Shown here: one piece after another, positions 29,934-39,239 of the stretch
How positions within the stretch are numbered: position 1 is the first letter of the stretch
How the letters are laid out: every line of letters starts with the position of its first letter
NCBI GenBank assembly: GCA_036557905.1
Contig: DATBGR010000491.1
Span: 1 to 39,239 of the forward strand
Direction: 5' to 3'
Source: Nitrososphaeraceae archaeon
Lineage (GTDB): Archaea; Thermoproteota; Nitrososphaeria; Nitrososphaerales; Nitrososphaeraceae
DNA: 39,239 nucleotides
The notes under the pieces: generated by a model
What the model saw: only the letters and a program-made list of their open reading frames with translations
The model's database searches: none
Told to the model about the DNA's origin: nothing
Program-made: the position numbers and the translations under genes

Positions 29934-31070
29934 ATGAAGATCTTACACCTTTCAGATAGTTCCTTACCTGATTGGAGAATAGAAAAGTCTGCGTTGAGTT
30001 CAAAAAAAATGGACGACTCTATTTACTTTGGAGGGCCAAGAAATTCTAGTTACAATTCAATATTCGATAAAATTTATGACATTTCTTGGACGTCTAGATC
30101 AAGAAATAGACTTCCATTTCATTGGAATTCGGTAAAAAAGCAGATGTTAAATACTATTAGAGAATTAAGGCCAGATATTATACACGCACATAATATTTTC
30201 TCTGCTGCAATGGTAACTGAAATAGGTGATTATCCGCTGGTTTATGATGATCATGAATATTGGTCAATGTATGCTAAAATTAAGCTAGAAGCTTATTCCG
30301 ATTATTGGAGCAATAAAAAAGGAGGATTGTCAAATATAAAAAACTCAGGTAAAAAATTTGTACTAGATCTCGTTCACAAACGATTTGCAAAAATCTGGTC
30401 AAAATCAGAAAAAGACATAGTAATGAACAATCCCACAATTACAGTTTCAAAACCTATTATAGACGAATTCATAAAGTTTAGTAAGAAAATCTATTTGGTA
30501 CCGAATTTTCCTGGTACCACTGAGACTGAGAACATTCCAGAACCAAAATATCATGATACTTTATCATCAGTCTATGCAGGGAATCAGATGAGAGGCCCAA
30601 TTAAACCTAAACACGTTGATTTGGAAGGATTCTTTAATCTATTCGAACAAAATAATATCGGAAAATTATCTGTTCTTGGATGGGATGGCGATTCTACCTC
30701 TAATGTCATATTCCAGGGACATTTAAATAGGATTCAAATGTACAGCGAAATGCAAAAGAATTCTGTAGGGTTGATTCCTTTTAAGAAACATTGGTTTCAT
30801 CCATTTAGTAGTCCTAATAAGGCTTATGAGTACGCTCACGCCGGTCTTTTGGTAATGAATACCTCTGATTTAATCTCTATAACTGCGAATCTTAGAGAAC
30901 ATTGTATACAATTCGAGAACTATGAAGATTTAACAAGAAAACTATGTGATTTGAGCAATGACCTAGAGGAACTTTACTCAAAACGATTAAATCTTTATCG
31001 GTTTGCTCGAAATAATTTATTATGGGAAAAATTTGAAAAGAATATATTTGAATCATACAAGGCTTGTTGA
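29934..31070 (+). CDS. Putative GT-B fold glycosyltransferase (GT1/GT4-like, divergent)
   Basis: It has the N-terminal MKILHLSDS and the segment DIIHAHNIF. The C-terminal SPNKAYEYAHAGLLVMNT resembles the donor-binding helix of group-1 glycosyltransferases. Confidence 0.6.
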   Translation: MKILHLSDSSLPDWRIEKSALSSKKMDDSIYFGGPRNSSYNSIFDKIYDISWTSRSRNRLPFHWNSVKKQMLNTIRELRPDIIHAHNIFSAAMVTEIGDYPLVYDDHEYWSMYAKIKLEAYSDYWSNKKGGLSNIKNSGKKFVLDLVHKRFAKIWSKSEKDIVMNNPTITVSKPIIDEFIKFSKKIYLVPNFPGTTETENIPEPKYHDTLSSVYAGNQMRGPIKPKHVDLEGFFNLFEQNNIGKLSVLGWDGDSTSNVIFQGHLNRIQMYSEMQKNSVGLIPFKKHWFHPFSSPNKAYEYAHAGLLVMNTSDLISITANLREHCIQFENYEDLTRKLCDLSNDLEELYSKRLNLYRFARNNLLWEKFEKNIFESYKAC

Positions 31071-31742
31071 GCACTGAATTCATTGATCTGTCTCGCGAAA
31101 AGGACTCTATAAGATTAATCCATCAAACTTAAAGGCCCGATCTCCTTTTATCATGGCTAGATCGATCCTTCAGACCTTGACTGACCTAATCTGCCTTCTG
31201 TCGTCTAAAGGTTAAAAATGTACATACTATAATAACAATATTATCTTAATTTATGCAATATATCGAATAATATCATATCAAGCGGTATCGTGCTAAATTC
31301 ATCTATCAATAGGAACCTATTTAAAAATATCAATACCGATATAAAGTACCTAGAATTTCAAATTGATTTTTAATGGATGTAGTAAATTAGAGAAAATTAT
31401 TAATTTTACACCTATAAAGAAAAGTCCATTTTAAGACAGGAATCTAAAATCATGATAACTTTATTACTAGTCAGAATTCAAAAGGATTCCAGATTAGGGT
31501 TGAATTTTTAATTTGAATATTACTAATTCCTCCACACAACCTATCACAATCAATGATCTAAATTCCACTTTTAATCGATCATGAATCTTGATAATGTAAG
31601 TTATTATTTGACACATTATACCCGATAGTTTCAATAACCTATTATGATCAAAAAATGCTTTTCAGAGACAAGTACGATGTATGTTGCAAAATTATTATAT
31701 GCTTATCAAATTCATCATTTTCAAATGGGTGCGCAATAGAAT

Positions 31743-32648
31743 ATGGATATAGCACATATAGGAAATGTCGCAGGGATTGGTTCAACTCTTGCGGAAGAGC
31801 AGCGTCGAATGGGACTTGACACAAAAGTATTTGTTTTTGATGAAATGACTAAAAAAATGTTTGGTGGCACCATGATCAATTATAACTCCATTCTTGAAAA
31901 AGTGTTTTTTCTTATACTATTGAAATTTTATGACATATGGCATTATCATTATCCATATGGTGGTTTGAATTCATACTTAAAGAAAAATTTTAAGGATAGA
32001 GTTTTTTTGAAGCATTATCATGGGAGCGATATACGTGGATCTGGGAAAATCGATTTGGATTTTTGTCTAGTTTCCACCCCTGACCTACTAAAATATGTTC
32101 CAAATGGTGAATGGTTACCTACTCCAATAAACTTAGCAAAGATTCATAAATTCATAAAAACATCCAATAATAAATCTTTTCATTCTCCTATTCGCATTGC
32201 ACATTATCCTTATTATAGCAACAAACCAGAGTGGGATTATTTTTCACATGTTTTTAGTGCTATGGAAAAAAGAAATCAAGTTCAGATAATCAAAATTTTC
32301 CAATCAACTTATGATCAATCTTTGAAATCGATATCTGAGTGTGATCTGGTTGTGGGAAAGATATTACCTGAAATGGGCTGGATTGGTAAAATAGAATTGG
32401 AAGCAATGGCTCTTGGTAAACCTGTAATTGCTTATATTTCCGATGAATTATATGAAAAGTATAAACCTCCGGTGTATAGAACTACTAAAGAAACTCTTGA
32501 AAAGGATTTAACTGACCTTATCCTTGATGATTCAGTCCAAAAAAGGCTTTCAGAGGAAGGACAGCCATATGTTAGGAAATATCATGATTCTTCAATAATA
32601 TCTGATAAGGTTTTGGACTATTATTCCGTAATGAAAGAACGATCATGA
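31743..32648 (+). CDS. Putative glycosyltransferase (GT4-like)
   Basis: GKIELEAMALGKPVIAY matches the GT4 E-x-MA-x-G-x-PVI motif. The N-terminal IAHIGNVAGIGSTLAEEQRRMG resembles a Rossmann-like acceptor domain. Confidence 0.65.
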   Translation: MDIAHIGNVAGIGSTLAEEQRRMGLDTKVFVFDEMTKKMFGGTMINYNSILEKVFFLILLKFYDIWHYHYPYGGLNSYLKKNFKDRVFLKHYHGSDIRGSGKIDLDFCLVSTPDLLKYVPNGEWLPTPINLAKIHKFIKTSNNKSFHSPIRIAHYPYYSNKPEWDYFSHVFSAMEKRNQVQIIKIFQSTYDQSLKSISECDLVVGKILPEMGWIGKIELEAMALGKPVIAYISDELYEKYKPPVYRTTKETLEKDLTDLILDDSVQKRLSEEGQPYVRKYHDSSIISDKVLDYYSVMKERS

Positions 32649-32811
32649 TGATATTTCTAAGCCAAAGATATCTCCATAAATATAATGAGTCGCGAAACTG
32701 ATTTTCAACTCCAAATGATTAACAGTCAAACGTGATTATTAATCTGAGTAAAAGTATAGTGAACAGAATGCCATAACTGTGTTTTCATACTAGCAGAAGA
32801 CGAAGACAAAA

Positions 32812-33177
32812 TTAACAATAATAAGTTCCGTTGAGTATATCTTCCAATCTTAAATTAAGTTGTGTGACTTCTTTTGTAGTCCACGATTCTATACATCCAA
32901 TATCATTATTCCAAATCTTAACTCTTTTTGTAGCACCCTGTTTTTTTACCTGAAATATTCTATGGATTTTTAACCTTTCTTGCACAACTATTTCCATTAT
33001 TCCAGTTTCACATCCCTTGTAACTGTCTAAACTTGGTAGAGGGCCATACCAATCCATTGAGTAGATCCCCTCGTCCAATCTTTCTAGTAAGGATTTACAT
33101 TCCCTAATTGTTTCAAGTCGAGATACGGTTTCAATATTTTTTTCATTTCGCGTTCTCAAGCCATGAATTAGAGTCAT
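32812..33177 (-). CDS. Hypothetical protein (121 aa)
   Basis: It is an open frame with an ATG start. I recognise no family. Confidence 0.45.
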   Translation of the reverse strand: MTLIHGLRTRNEKNIETVSRLETIRECKSLLERLDEGIYSMDWYGPLPSLDSYKGCETGIMEIVVQERLKIHRIFQVKKQGATKRVKIWNNDIGCIESWTTKEVTQLNLRLEDILNGTYYC

Positions 33178-34009
33178 ATGAATAATGATTTTTAGAAATA
33201 TTGGTATATTTGGATTAGATTGAATATTATGTCATAAATGTATAGGAAGTTTTTCTTATATTAATCGTAAATCTGTAAATAGCTGTAACATGTATTTTCC
33301 TACCAAGACTCTTTCTATACCCACAGATGAGTATTGAGTTAGATTTCCACTTTGAAGATCTTGATGATCAATTTTCATCTATGGAATAGAAATTAGCAAT
33401 GGGCTATGTCGAGTACGAGTTTTTTGCCATTGACTAGAATTTTAGCGTACTTATGATTGACTGCAGTTTAAATACTATATCTGCTGTTATTCTTAATTTC
33501 AGTATTTCCTTCGGTCCTCAATTAGTATAGCGTGAATAGTATGATAATATTTCATGTGCTTACTAGGACAATACCCCTAAAATTAGAATGTCATCTACTT
33601 CAGTTCACAAATCAAGGATTAGTTCTGTTCTCATGTAATATAATTTGCTATAATCGAAGCATTTTCCTTTGATATCTTATGGAAGAACTTACTAAAATAA
33701 GAATCAATCCCGATGTAACGTTTCCTATTTTTGTTAAAATACGTTACTGTAATCGTTGCTAACAGATATTAAGTTGTCTACTGAACCAAAAATTGGTTTG
33801 GTTATTGAGATACTGTCGAAATAATGCTAGTTCGGACATATTAGCATGTATTCTAAACTTGTTGATATTCTAGCATCTTTTGATATGTACAAAATCCTTT
33901 GTGCCAAGACTCGAGATGAATACATCTTAAGAAGATAATTAACTAACAATTCTACTATTATAGGAAGCCATTTAATATGGCATGATGTTGAAATCGTCCG
34001 CAAATAGCA

Positions 34010-34183
34010 ATGGATTTTTACGAAACTAAACGAATCGCACTTATGATAGGAGATGATAGCGGCCGTGACTTGGAAACAGGTCGTCAACTTTCCAAGTTGG
34101 AACTTACTGCATTGCTGAGCCCTCGAAAAATCTATGATAGCAAAAGAATCGTCAAACAACTAACTAACGAACGACGGTCTTGA
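34010..34183 (+). CDS. Sub-threshold small ORF (57 aa), hypothetical
   Basis: The sequence MDFYETKRIALMIGDDSGRDLETGRQLSKLELTALLSPRKIYDSKRIVKQLTNERRS is more protein-like than the antisense 110-aa ORF 33827-34159. G+C is locally raised. Confidence 0.25.
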   Translation: MDFYETKRIALMIGDDSGRDLETGRQLSKLELTALLSPRKIYDSKRIVKQLTNERRS

Positions 34184-34309
34184 TGTCACATTTTGCTATT
34201 TAGATGTAACACCTCAACATGCTCTCGATAGGGCGAAAAATGATATAAAAGTTGTCCATGGACACTTCGATGGACAGATTAATAATGCGGCAATTCTCTA
34301 TAATTACTT

Positions 34310-34669
34310 TCAGAGACCTGCTACACCCTGCGGGTCGCTGCCAACAGGAATAGTCTTTACTACACTGCTCGTCTTATCGTCTATAACAGAAATTGTGTTA
34401 TCATCAGCATTTGCCACGTATATCATATTTGTATTTGGGTTAGCTGACACTGCTTCTGGATCTTGACCAACCTTGATATCGGTTATTACTTTATTCGTCT
34501 TACCATCTATAACAGAAGTTGTGTTATCATCAGCATTTGCCACGTAAATCCTATTCGCATTTGGATTAACAGGGTTTAGATTTTGCGCCTCTGTCTTATG
34601 TGGAAATGTTGAGATAGATATTACAGTTATTATTATTGTTGCTATTATTGCGAGATGTGTTAATCTCAT
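34310..34669 (-). CDS. Secreted YVTN-type beta-propeller repeat protein, truncated (about 2.3 repeats)
   Basis: A signal peptide is followed by IYVANADDNTTSVIDGKTNKVITDIKVGQDPEAVSANP and IYVANADDNTISVIDDKTSSVVKTIPVGSDPQGVA. This is too short for a closed propeller, so it may be a gene remnant. Confidence 0.65.
   Translation of the reverse strand: MRLTHLAIIATIIITVISISTFPHKTEAQNLNPVNPNANRIYVANADDNTTSVIDGKTNKVITDIKVGQDPEAVSANPNTNMIYVANADDNTISVIDDKTSSVVKTIPVGSDPQGVAGL
34370..34569. repeat. Tandem 126-bp-period duplication inside the YVTN gene
   Basis: The unit starting at 34370 repeats from 34496, an offset of 126 nt or 42 codons. The core CTATAACAGAARTTGTGTTATCATCAGCATTTGCCACGTA is nearly identical between the two copies, with 1 mismatch in 40. 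Confidence 0.7.
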
Positions 34670-36562
34670 ATTAACATTAACTCAATCAAGAGTTAGGTAT
34701 TTTACATATCTTAAAAACTTAACTTATCCCAATCTTAGCAGTCACAATGGTGTTGCCTGAAGCAATCTATTCTGGTCTCATTATTGGAATATTACATGGG
34801 AGGTTGGGTGAAAAGTTAGACTGAGCATTAGCCGACTCAATATTTAAAACGTTCGTCTACTGTATTGTGAGAAACCCAAAAACTGTTGCATTAATTATCC
34901 ACAAAATCAAAGATGGTCACACCCTTGAAATATCATATGTCGATTTGGATAATCTGATGCCAGCTAGGAACCCCTAACAACAGCGTTTACAAGATTATAA
35001 TAAATCGCATAAACGTCTCAATTTGTGCTCATAACCATCATAAATTGAATATTAAGTTTGGCAGAACTACTAGGAGAAAGCAAGGCAATTTGAATTTATG
35101 TCAGTATAATACTCGACACTGAGTTTTGCTTTATTTGCTTGATGAGCAAGATTTGACAAAAGCATAATAATAGCTCATAAGAGCCTTTACCTTTTTGTCA
35201 TCTGTGGTCTAATCCACCATTAACATCTGATGACGCATGAGGCTGAATGCCTGGTTCTTATACTTTGTTAGGCTAAATACTGATGCTCAGATAGCATGGC
35301 ATCCACGTCGAGTAGTTCAGTGAGTGGCTTCGGCTGCTCCTTTGGGTTAACATCAGGAGCAGATCCAGTCCTAACAGCAACCTCATCGGGTGGATTTTCC
35401 AGCAGTGGAGGAACCGTCTTTGGAACAACCGTCGCTGGTACCGATGGAGGTCAGGCTGGCAGGCAGGCGCCGCACAAGGAAATCCTGTCAACTATAATCC
35501 TGGCACTATAGGTGCCACTACCTCCAGCGTAGGCCGTTGTTCAGGTACATATTAAATCACATCTTCCCCATTTTTTGGTTAGTGTTTAGTTGCATCTTTG
35601 AATATTTGTATTTAGACAATCAGCAATACTAACAACAACAGCTATAATGGCAAGGCTCTATCTACATCGCATTTGCTGCAGGCGGCCGAGGCGGCGTTGT
35701 TTATAATTATGCATTCACCCATACCAGGACAGACTACTTGAATACTATCCTTTTGACAATACCGACAGGAAGACTTTGACTTATCCCTTTACAACAAGAG
35801 AAAGTGTGCTCAAGAATACTTTATTCAACTAGCCAAAATATCAGTAGAGAAAGAAGTTACAGACAAATGGAGATTACAAGAGATTCTTGCCACTAGCAGC
35901 TGAAATGGTCAAGGAGGTGCTTCCTAACACCTATCAAGTGGTAAAAGACCTCTGTCTTCATGGACAGGTAAATATTAATAATTTCCATAGAAGATGCAGC
36001 GACTGCATAATATCTCGCACAATCATTCCTTGGACAGACCTTAGGAATACCTGTGCATGAGGGAGCCAAGGAATTGTCTGGGCTGCAACACTAGTGGCCC
36101 AACTGGTGGATTTTTCTTTGATTCCAATCCAGAACCATGGTGAGCCCTTTTTCTAGTTGTAATTTGTAGAATGATGATGTAACAATATAGCCGTAATCTT
36201 AGCATAATAGGTTTGGATATTTTGTGCTTATATTGTAAGTCATTGGAAGATTTCATTTGACCATTAACTTGTTGTATAACATGGTGGCAACTTCCAATAT
36301 TATTACATAATATATAGACAGAATTGAAGTCAAAGGTCAAGTTCACCTCTATAAAATTCATAGGTAGCGCAGAATCATAAGATCCTTGTTAAATGGTTCT
36401 CAATCAAGCCATTTGTGTTATGAACAATCTTTAATTTTGTCTTATCGATCTTGACAAAGAATTTGGATTAACGACATAAAGAGGTTTAAAGTTTAGGAAT
36501 CATTCATTCATACCTTTTGGATGTATGATCCCTAAATATTGTTTCACATACCCTGCTTATTT

Positions 36563-38764
36563 CTATCTTGTTGCCGGTAAAGTTCGAATAGTGTCAAAGC
36601 TCTTCATGTGAGTTTGTTCTTTGTACTGTTTTTTAAATCTTGGTTTATATCTTCCAAGAAGGATTGAATTTCCAACCACAGTTACCGAGCTCATTGCCAT
36701 AGCCAGTCCGGCTAACATGGGAAGCCATCCAAATATTCCAACTCCAGTGAAGGGTACCAGTATACCACCAGCAATCGGAATTAGCCCAGTATTGTAAACA
36801 AAGGCCCAGAACAAATTTTGTTTTATTTTTGTCACAGTTTTCTTTCCTAGATCTAATGCTGTTATAACGTCTCTCAAATCACCTTTTATTAATATAATCC
36901 CTCCAGTCTCCTTAGCAATATCAGTTCCTGAACCTATTGCAATTCCTAAATCAGCTTGGGCTAACGCAGGTGCATCGTTGATTCCATCTCCGACCATTGC
37001 AACCACATTCCCATTTATCCTGAGATTGGAGATTACTCTTTCCTTTTGCTGTGGGAGTACCTGAGAAAAAACCTTACTAATACCAAGTTGATATGCAACA
37101 GACTTAGCAGTTCTTTCGTTGTCTCCAGTAAGCATCACTACATCGATCCCCATTAGCTTTAAAGAATCAATCACTTCACCTGCTTCGTCTTTTATTGTAT
37201 CTGCAAAAGCAATTATCCCAGAAATGTTGTTGTCAATAGCAAACAGTGTGGCTGTTTTTCCTTCGCTTTCAAGCTCTTTAAGCTTAGAATCTACAGTTGA
37301 GTTAACTGACAAGCTGTTATCCTCCATAAGCTTTCTGTTTCCAATTAGAATCGTATGATCTGCATATGTAGCTCTCAGACCATGACCAGACACTGCTTCA
37401 AAAAAATCTGGAGCAGGTGACACAGCTAACAGTCCTTGTTCTTTGGCTTTGGTGATGACTGCTTGACTTAGGGGATGTTCTGAACCCGATTCTGCTATGG
37501 CCGCCATTCTGAGCAATTCTGCTTCACTAAATAAATTGTCAGCTAGATTTACAATATCAGTTACAGTAGGCTTGCCTCGAGTCAAAGTTCCAGTCTTATC
37601 GAACACTAACGTCTTTACCTTCCTTGCTATTTCGAGATATTCTCCCCCCTTAAACAAAATCCCATTTTCCGCTGCTTTTCCAGAACCCATCATTAGAGCA
37701 GCAGGTGTAGCAATGCCTAATGCACAAGGACATGCAATGATTATTACAGATACAAATGCCAATATGGAATATGTTAATCCTATGCCCCCTACATAGTACC
37801 ATCCAACACCTACGAACATTGCTATTATTATCACCCCTGGGACAAAATATTTAGCAACCTGATCCACTAACCTTTGCATCTTGGCCTTCCCAGTTCTAGC
37901 TTGTTCTACTAATGTGATAATCTGAGAAAGAACTGTGTCTTGTCCAACCTTTGTTGCTCTGACCTTGAGTAGACCGTTCTTATTGATAGTTGCTCCTATA
38001 ACTTGATCACCCTCTTGTTTGTCGACAGGAATGCTCTCGCCAGTAATAGCTGACTCGTCTACGGAGGAAAGACCGTCCTCTACCATTCCATCGGCAGGAA
38101 TTCTCTCACCAGGTTTTATTAGCATAAGATCGTTTTCTTTGACCTGTTCAATAGGCAAATCCAATTCGGTGCCGTTTCTAAGAATCTTGGCCATTTTTGG
38201 TTGTAGGTCCAATAATTTTCGTACTGCATCAGAAGCCTTTTCTCTGGTTCTGGTTTCAAGCAATCTTCCAATCAGTATCAAGGTAATAATGATCGCCGCT
38301 GTCTCAAAGTATACTGATTTAAAAGGGAAATAATTGGGCGCAAGTGTTACGATGGCACTGTAAACATATGCAGTTGTCGTCCCCACGGCAATTAGTGTAT
38401 CCATATTGGATGCTCTTGCCCTAATACCGTCCCACAAACCCCTATAAAATCTCCAGCCTATCCAGAATTGCAACGGAGTGGCTAACGCTAGCATGATAAA
38501 ATTCGTATATTGCATAATACGCATGGGAATCAAAGTGTCAAACTGGGAAGGAAACATGTGTGGCAAGCTCAGAATTATGATGGGTATTGTAAGTCCAATG
38601 CTTATAGCAACAAACCTTATGAGCTTTTTTAGTTCCTTTTCAGGCTGTGTGAATTCATTTAAACATTGAGAACTACAGAAGAAGTATTTTCTTCCATCTT
38701 TAATAATTTTTATCGTATCATGCTTTTCCTCTACAAACATGCCACACACGGGATCTTTTGCCAT
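36563..38764 (-). CDS. copA: Cu(I)-translocating P1B-type ATPase with N-terminal YHS/TRASH domain
   Basis: P-type ATPase motifs are present: CPC (IIACPCALGIATP), DKTGTLT, SEHPL, TGDN and GDGINDAP. YNTGLIP and MAMSSVTVVGNS are Cu(I) selectivity motifs. The N-terminal DPVCGMFV...YFFCSSQCLNEF is a YHS/TRASH domain. Confidence 0.97.
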   Translation of the reverse strand: MAKDPVCGMFVEEKHDTIKIIKDGRKYFFCSSQCLNEFTQPEKELKKLIRFVAISIGLTIPIIILSLPHMFPSQFDTLIPMRIMQYTNFIMLALATPLQFWIGWRFYRGLWDGIRARASNMDTLIAVGTTTAYVYSAIVTLAPNYFPFKSVYFETAAIIITLILIGRLLETRTREKASDAVRKLLDLQPKMAKILRNGTELDLPIEQVKENDLMLIKPGERIPADGMVEDGLSSVDESAITGESIPVDKQEGDQVIGATINKNGLLKVRATKVGQDTVLSQIITLVEQARTGKAKMQRLVDQVAKYFVPGVIIIAMFVGVGWYYVGGIGLTYSILAFVSVIIIACPCALGIATPAALMMGSGKAAENGILFKGGEYLEIARKVKTLVFDKTGTLTRGKPTVTDIVNLADNLFSEAELLRMAAIAESGSEHPLSQAVITKAKEQGLLAVSPAPDFFEAVSGHGLRATYADHTILIGNRKLMEDNSLSVNSTVDSKLKELESEGKTATLFAIDNNISGIIAFADTIKDEAGEVIDSLKLMGIDVVMLTGDNERTAKSVAYQLGISKVFSQVLPQQKERVISNLRINGNVVAMVGDGINDAPALAQADLGIAIGSGTDIAKETGGIILIKGDLRDVITALDLGKKTVTKIKQNLFWAFVYNTGLIPIAGGILVPFTGVGIFGWLPMLAGLAMAMSSVTVVGNSILLGRYKPRFKKQYKEQTHMKSFDTIRTLPATR

Positions 38765-38779
38765 ATTTTAGACTAACTA

Positions 38780-38787
38780 CTATAAAG
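38780..38787 (-). promoter_or_regulatory. TATA-like box upstream of copA
   Basis: The minus strand reads CTTTATAG about 20-25 nt upstream of the ATG (38764-38762). This implies a leaderless or very short-leader transcript. Confidence 0.3.
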
Positions 38788-39239
38788 AGCCAATAGGTGT
38801 ATAAATCTAGATATAATCTAATAAATGTGGACTAGTAATGGAGTCCGCGGTTCTAAAGTTCTCTAATCTTTTTTTGCTTCTTGGCTTTAATAAGCGATCG
38901 GGTTAGGTTGAGACAATTATATCTTAATTAGATTATGGCACATTTTGATACGTTAGAAAGTGAAGGGATCTGACTTTGTGCTATTGAAACATAAAGAAAG
39001 AAAATTGCAATATGAGATATGTAGACAATTATAGACCCACTAATCATTATGTTTAATCTGGAGATCCACAATCAAACTGACTGTTATTCATTTGATAGTG
39101 GATAGTGATATCTCTTGACTTTGGACTTGATAGCCTATACTTTTAACATTAGTTGGTCTTATTAAAATGAAATAATTAACTAGATACCTATGCATAATTT
39201 TAATAAACATTGTTCAGGAGTATCTTCCTTTATGTACTC

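Noticed and set aside
33827-34159. ORF 33827-34159 (-), 110 aa.
   Set aside because: The composition is Cys/Ile/Ser-rich and unlike a protein. The opposite-strand 57-aa ORF looks more genuine.
36041-36361. ORF 36041-36361 (-), 106 aa.
   Set aside because: It lies in the decayed region, has odd composition and has no motif.
37119-38669. Plus-strand ORFs inside copA.
   Set aside because: They are antisense to a fully motif-supported P-type ATPase.
1-39239. CRISPR arrays, rRNA or tRNA genes, IS elements with terminal inverted repeats, and known defence operons.
   Set aside because: I saw no regularly spaced direct repeats, no transposase, integrase or Cas-like translations, and no cloverleaf-compatible GC-rich 75-nt segments. 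By-eye scanning cannot exclude small or degenerate elements.

Overview
This is an AT-rich archaeal chromosomal segment, roughly one-third G+C by eye. Its gene content fits an ammonia-oxidising Nitrososphaeria (Thaumarchaeota) genome, possibly a Nitrosocosmicus-like one (inference). That content includes two secreted cupredoxins, a Cu(I) P1B-type ATPase with a YHS/TRASH head, secreted CHRD and YVTN proteins, an archaeal Nre repair protein, a mitochondrial-type aconitase and an M1 aminopeptidase. I call about 30 protein genes, one structured ncRNA candidate (RNase P RNA-like), several gene remnants, one intragenic tandem repeat and a few TATA-like boxes. Credible CDS cover only about 58% of the window, which is unusually low for an archaeon, and spacers are long. 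I saw no CRISPR array, rRNA, tRNA, intact transposase or integrase, or recognisable defence operon. I cannot support a coherent multi-gene novel system from the sequence alone. The best leads are: (1) a convergent pair of paralogous small secreted Cys-peptide genes with a possible frameshifted relic nearby (13.6-15.1 kb); (2) a 60% GC foreign-looking island carrying a truncated, frameshifted HTH gene fragment directly upstream of aconitase (3.16-3.49 kb); (3) the GC-rich multi-hairpin RNA at 0.77-1.01 kb; (4) a 1.9 kb decayed region with GC-rich patches next to copA (34.7-36.6 kb); and (5) divergent orphan domains, namely a CYTH-like protein and a tandem PLD/TrmB-C-like protein without an HTH.
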